This document shows positions 61,077 through 64,000 of a DNA stretch of 64,000 nucleotides, in pieces. A program made the position numbers and the translations under genes. The notes beneath the pieces were generated by a model. It had not been told where the DNA came from and ran no database searches. It saw only the letters and a program-made list of their open reading frames with translations. Source of the stretch: Candidatus Krumholzibacteriota bacterium (GTDB lineage: Bacteria; Krumholzibacteriota; Krumholzibacteriia; LZORAL124-64-63); contig JBDLKA010000005.1 of NCBI GenBank assembly GCA_039714075.1, positions 1 through 64,000 of the forward strand, read 5' to 3'. The first letter of the stretch is position 1, and every line of letters starts with the position of its first letter.

Positions 61077-63086
61077 TCATCTAAACTTATCCAGGACATC
61101 CACATCAACCCACCAGATATCCGTACTCCCATTGGTGTTATCTTTGTGTAGCTTTAGAAAATTTTCACGTTTAATTTTATCTTTTGTGTTGTTTTCTGTC
61201 TTATTGGTGCTGAAAAATAAATACTTCCCATCAGGTGAGAGAGAACCCGATGCGGCGCGCAAACCGGGCCCGTTGAACGGGTCGCCCGGATTGACCGCGG
61301 GGCCCCAACTCCCCTTCTCTTCCCGGAAACTGATCCAGTAATCGCTGTTCCCCAGATTCTCGGGGTGCCCGTTCACACAGAAAAGGAGCCAACTTTCGTC
61401 GGGGGCCACGGTCCCGTTGTAATTGGCCTGGCCCACGTTGACGGTGGCCGGCAGCCGCCGGGGCTCCCCAAAACCATTTCCCAACGGCTCGGCCGCCCAG
61501 AGGGCCGCCTGTCCCTGGTCGTCCTCACGCGTGAAATAAAGTGTCCCGTCGGCGGCAAGGCTGGGAAAATATTCCGCGGCGGAGGTGGTGATCGGCGCCG
61601 CGAGGGCCTCGGGTTCCTCCCAGACCCCATTGACCAGGCGGCTGCTGAAGATGTTCTGGTTGGCCCACCCCTGCCCCTGCTCCTGACCCGGAGCGGCGCG
61701 GTTGGACAGGAAAAGCACCCGCTGCCCGTCAGCCGCAAGGGTCGGCTCGAAACAGAAGAACTCCCCGTCGCGGTGGAAGGGCACCGGAGCCGGTTCTGTC
61801 CAGCGCCCCCCAGTCAGCCGGGTTTCCATGATCGTGACCAGGCCCTGCCCCATGAAACCGTACCAGATGGTTCCACCGTCGCCGCTGACGAGCAGGTCCC
61901 GCTCGTTCATGCCGGTGCTGACGATGCCGGGCGCAAAAACGACGGGTTCGAGACCAGGCGGCTCCTGGCCCAGATATGGGCCCGCCAACTCCGGAAAGGG
62001 GACCGGCTCCGGACGCGGGCCGGAAACCGCGGCTGGTGCGGGAACATCGACGGCGGCCGGCAGATCATCCAGAAAATCCGCCCGGACAAGGTTGATGTTG
62101 GGATTGCCCCCACCGGCGATCAGGTGGGCAGTCTGGAGATCGCCCCACGCCGCGGGCCAGGCAGGCTCGGGAATGTGCCGGCGCGCGGACATGAACATGA
62201 AGGTCCCGCCGTCGGGAGTCAGGTAGGGAGACCAACTCTGCGGCGATCCGTCGTTGATGACCGGCCCCAGGTTGACGGGTTCGTTCCAGGTGTCGTCTTC
62301 GTTGCGGCGAACCAGGAAATAGTCCACCTGGCCGTGACTGCCGGGCATGCCCGCCGCCGGTACGATCAGAAGGGTCTCGTCGGGGGAGATCGTGGCGTTG
62401 AAACGGTTCACCCCGCAGTTGACCTGGTCGGGGAGTAGCTCGGGCACCTGAAAACCGTCTCCGTCCGGACGGGCGCGAAAGATCCGGTGGATCCTTCCCG
62501 TCGAATCGGCCCGGGTGAAATAGAGGGTCCCGTCCCGGGTGACGGCGGGAAAAAACTCCGCCTGGTCCGTATTGACCGGACCGTCCAGGTTCCGGGGCTC
62601 GCTCCAGCGGTCCCCCTGGCGGTCCATGACCCAGATATCGGCCTCCCCCTTTTCCTCGCCGGCTTCCGGCCGGGTGGACATGAAGAAGAACCGCTGCCCG
62701 TCCGGCGAGATGAACGGTTCCAGGTCCAGCCAATCCGGCGACCCGGAGAAAGGGGCGGTTTCCGGCTCGGTCCAGGCCCCGTCCGCGAATTGGGTGACCA
62801 GGATGACGGCGTAGCGATAACCCGGGGCGGCCATGCAGAAGTACAACTGCCGACCGTCCGGGGTCATGGTCACGTCGCGGGTGTTGACGCCGGTATTGAC
62901 CATCCCCGGCGCGAGCAGCGCGGGAACGGCTGTGGGGACGGTTCCCCCGGGGAGCCCCGGCGATGATTCAGAAACGGTGTGGCCGGAGGCTTCCGGCGAA
63001 TCCGCTGCCGGTGAAAGAGCGACCCAACCGAACACCGCCGCGATCAGGAGGGGAATGACCCGAAACATCCGGTGCCGGAAAGCCAT
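61077..63086 (-). CDS. Secreted tandem PD40/TolB-like beta-propeller protein
   Basis: Signal peptide and two homologous halves (APGMVNTG/APGIVSTG, EPFISPDG, EFFPAVTRDGTLYFTR/EYFPSLAADGTLYFTR, SPDGKYLFF). Confidence 0.88.
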   Translation of the reverse strand: MAFRHRMFRVIPLLIAAVFGWVALSPAADSPEASGHTVSESSPGLPGGTVPTAVPALLAPGMVNTGVNTRDVTMTPDGRQLYFCMAAPGYRYAVILVTQFADGAWTEPETAPFSGSPDWLDLEPFISPDGQRFFFMSTRPEAGEEKGEADIWVMDRQGDRWSEPRNLDGPVNTDQAEFFPAVTRDGTLYFTRADSTGRIHRIFRARPDGDGFQVPELLPDQVNCGVNRFNATISPDETLLIVPAAGMPGSHGQVDYFLVRRNEDDTWNEPVNLGPVINDGSPQSWSPYLTPDGGTFMFMSARRHIPEPAWPAAWGDLQTAHLIAGGGNPNINLVRADFLDDLPAAVDVPAPAAVSGPRPEPVPFPELAGPYLGQEPPGLEPVVFAPGIVSTGMNERDLLVSGDGGTIWYGFMGQGLVTIMETRLTGGRWTEPAPVPFHRDGEFFCFEPTLAADGQRVLFLSNRAAPGQEQGQGWANQNIFSSRLVNGVWEEPEALAAPITTSAAEYFPSLAADGTLYFTREDDQGQAALWAAEPLGNGFGEPRRLPATVNVGQANYNGTVAPDESWLLFCVNGHPENLGNSDYWISFREEKGSWGPAVNPGDPFNGPGLRAASGSLSPDGKYLFFSTNKTENNTKDKIKRENFLKLHKDNTNGSTDIWWVDVDVLDKFR

Positions 63087-63108
63087 CGTTCAACTCCTTG
63101 CGGGGTGG

Positions 63109-64000
63109 TCAGTCACCGGTTTCCGAAAGCACCCCGGCCAGGGCCTGGCGCATCACCTTCAGGCTGTAGGGTTTGGCGACAAAGCCCGCGATGTCGAAAC
63201 CGCTGGTCTTTTCGGCGACCTCGTCTGAATCATAACCGCTTGACAGAAGCACCGGGATATCGGACCGGATGGCCCGCATCCGGCGATAGGCGGACATGCC
63301 GTCCATGCCGGCCATGGTGAAGTCAAGCAGGACCGCGTGGATGTCCCGGTGGCGCTCACTGAAAATGCGCACCGCTTCGAACCCGTCCGGGGCCGAAAGG
63401 ATTTTGCAACCCAAGCGGCGCAGGAAGCTCTCCCCCACCGCCCGGACGGACGGGTCATCGTCCACGACCAGGATGAGCTTGCCCTTCAGGTCGACACCCG
63501 CCACCTCGGGGCTGCGACGGCGGCGTCTGCGGGGCGCGGTCGTTTCCGTCTCGTGGACGGGCAGCAGAAAGGAAATGGTGGTCCCGCCCACGGGTCCTGT
63601 TTCCATGGTGAACCCGCCCTGGTGACCCTTGATGATTCCCAGGGCGGCGGACATCCCCAGACCCCGGCCCTGGAACTTGGTGGTGAAGAACGGGTCGAAC
63701 ATCCGGCCCGCGGTTTCATCATCCATCCCGCACCCGGAGTCCCGGATCTCGCACCACACATACCGGCCCGGCTGCAACCCTTCCCCGGCCACGACCTCTT
63801 TCACGTCGACGGCCGTCAGTTCCCTGACGCCGGTCCGCACCATGATCTCGCCACCGTCGTCGCCCATGGCCTCGGCCGCGTTGCCCACCAGGTTCATCAG
63901 GACCTGCCTGATCTGCGGTTCATCGATCAGGACCGGCGGCAGATCTTCCGCGAGCTCGAAATGCAGATGCGACCTTTTGGAAACCGAGACCTGCAGCAGT
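63109..64000 (-). CDS. Hybrid sensor histidine kinase/receiver (CckA-like), 5' part outside the window
   Basis: Frame open to the window edge (…DLPPVLIDEPQIRQVLMNLVGNAAEA), DSGCGM, FDPFFTTKFQGRGLGM and receiver VVDDD...LLDFTM...KPY. Confidence 0.93.
   Translation of the reverse strand, partial: LLQVSVSKRSHLHFELAEDLPPVLIDEPQIRQVLMNLVGNAAEAMGDDGGEIMVRTGVRELTAVDVKEVVAGEGLQPGRYVWCEIRDSGCGMDDETAGRMFDPFFTTKFQGRGLGMSAALGIIKGHQGGFTMETGPVGGTTISFLLPVHETETTAPRRRRRRSPEVAGVDLKGKLILVVDDDPSVRAVGESFLRRLGCKILSAPDGFEAVRIFSERHRDIHAVLLDFTMAGMDGMSAYRRMRAIRSDIPVLLSSGYDSDEVAEKTSGFDIAGFVAKPYSLKVMRQALAGVLSETGD

Noticed and set aside
61077..61245. A-rich 3' end of the PD40 gene as a DGR variable or template repeat
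   Set aside because: No reverse transcriptase and no near-identical TR/VR pair differing only at adenines within the window.
61009..61341. 110-aa + strand ORF in the AT-rich patch
   Set aside because: It is antisense to the PD40 gene end and overlaps the cytochrome promoter. Its hydrophobic look comes from T-rich sequence, and it has no RBS.

Overview
A 64-kb, high-GC (roughly 65%) bacterial chromosomal segment that is densely coding, with about 47 CDS and one initiator tRNA-fMet. I found no CRISPR array, rRNA, integrase, transposase or prophage genes. The organism is a diderm (FadL, porin, hldD, lipoproteins). A protein ending in the NYPNPFNP/FlgD-type sorting domain suggests an FCB-superphylum lineage such as Krumholzibacteriota or Latescibacterota; this placement is inference only. 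The housekeeping backbone is eno-ftsB-tRNA, rng, purF/purLQ/purB, hldD, htrA, tal, truA, asd and icd. The most unusual elements are: (1) a 1548-aa protein joining an AMP-forming acyl ligase, a helical region, a degenerate kinase-like segment and a GNAT domain, translationally coupled to a two-component system and an NSS transporter; (2) a Q-loop-less cytochrome bd-like oxidoreductase fused to two c-type hemes, with a second CydA-like partner subunit; (3) a secreted hexaheme cytochrome carrying a T9SS/FlgD-type C-terminal sorting domain; (4) a PurL-PurQ fusion followed by an apparent single-chain PurS dimer; (5) a REPIN/MITE-like 29-bp inverted repeat; (6) an abrupt low-GC patch forming the 3' end of a PD40 gene; and (7) several clear promoter and operator motifs (ECF-type, Pho-box-like, FNR-like). 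All calls come from motif reading by eye; no database searches were run.
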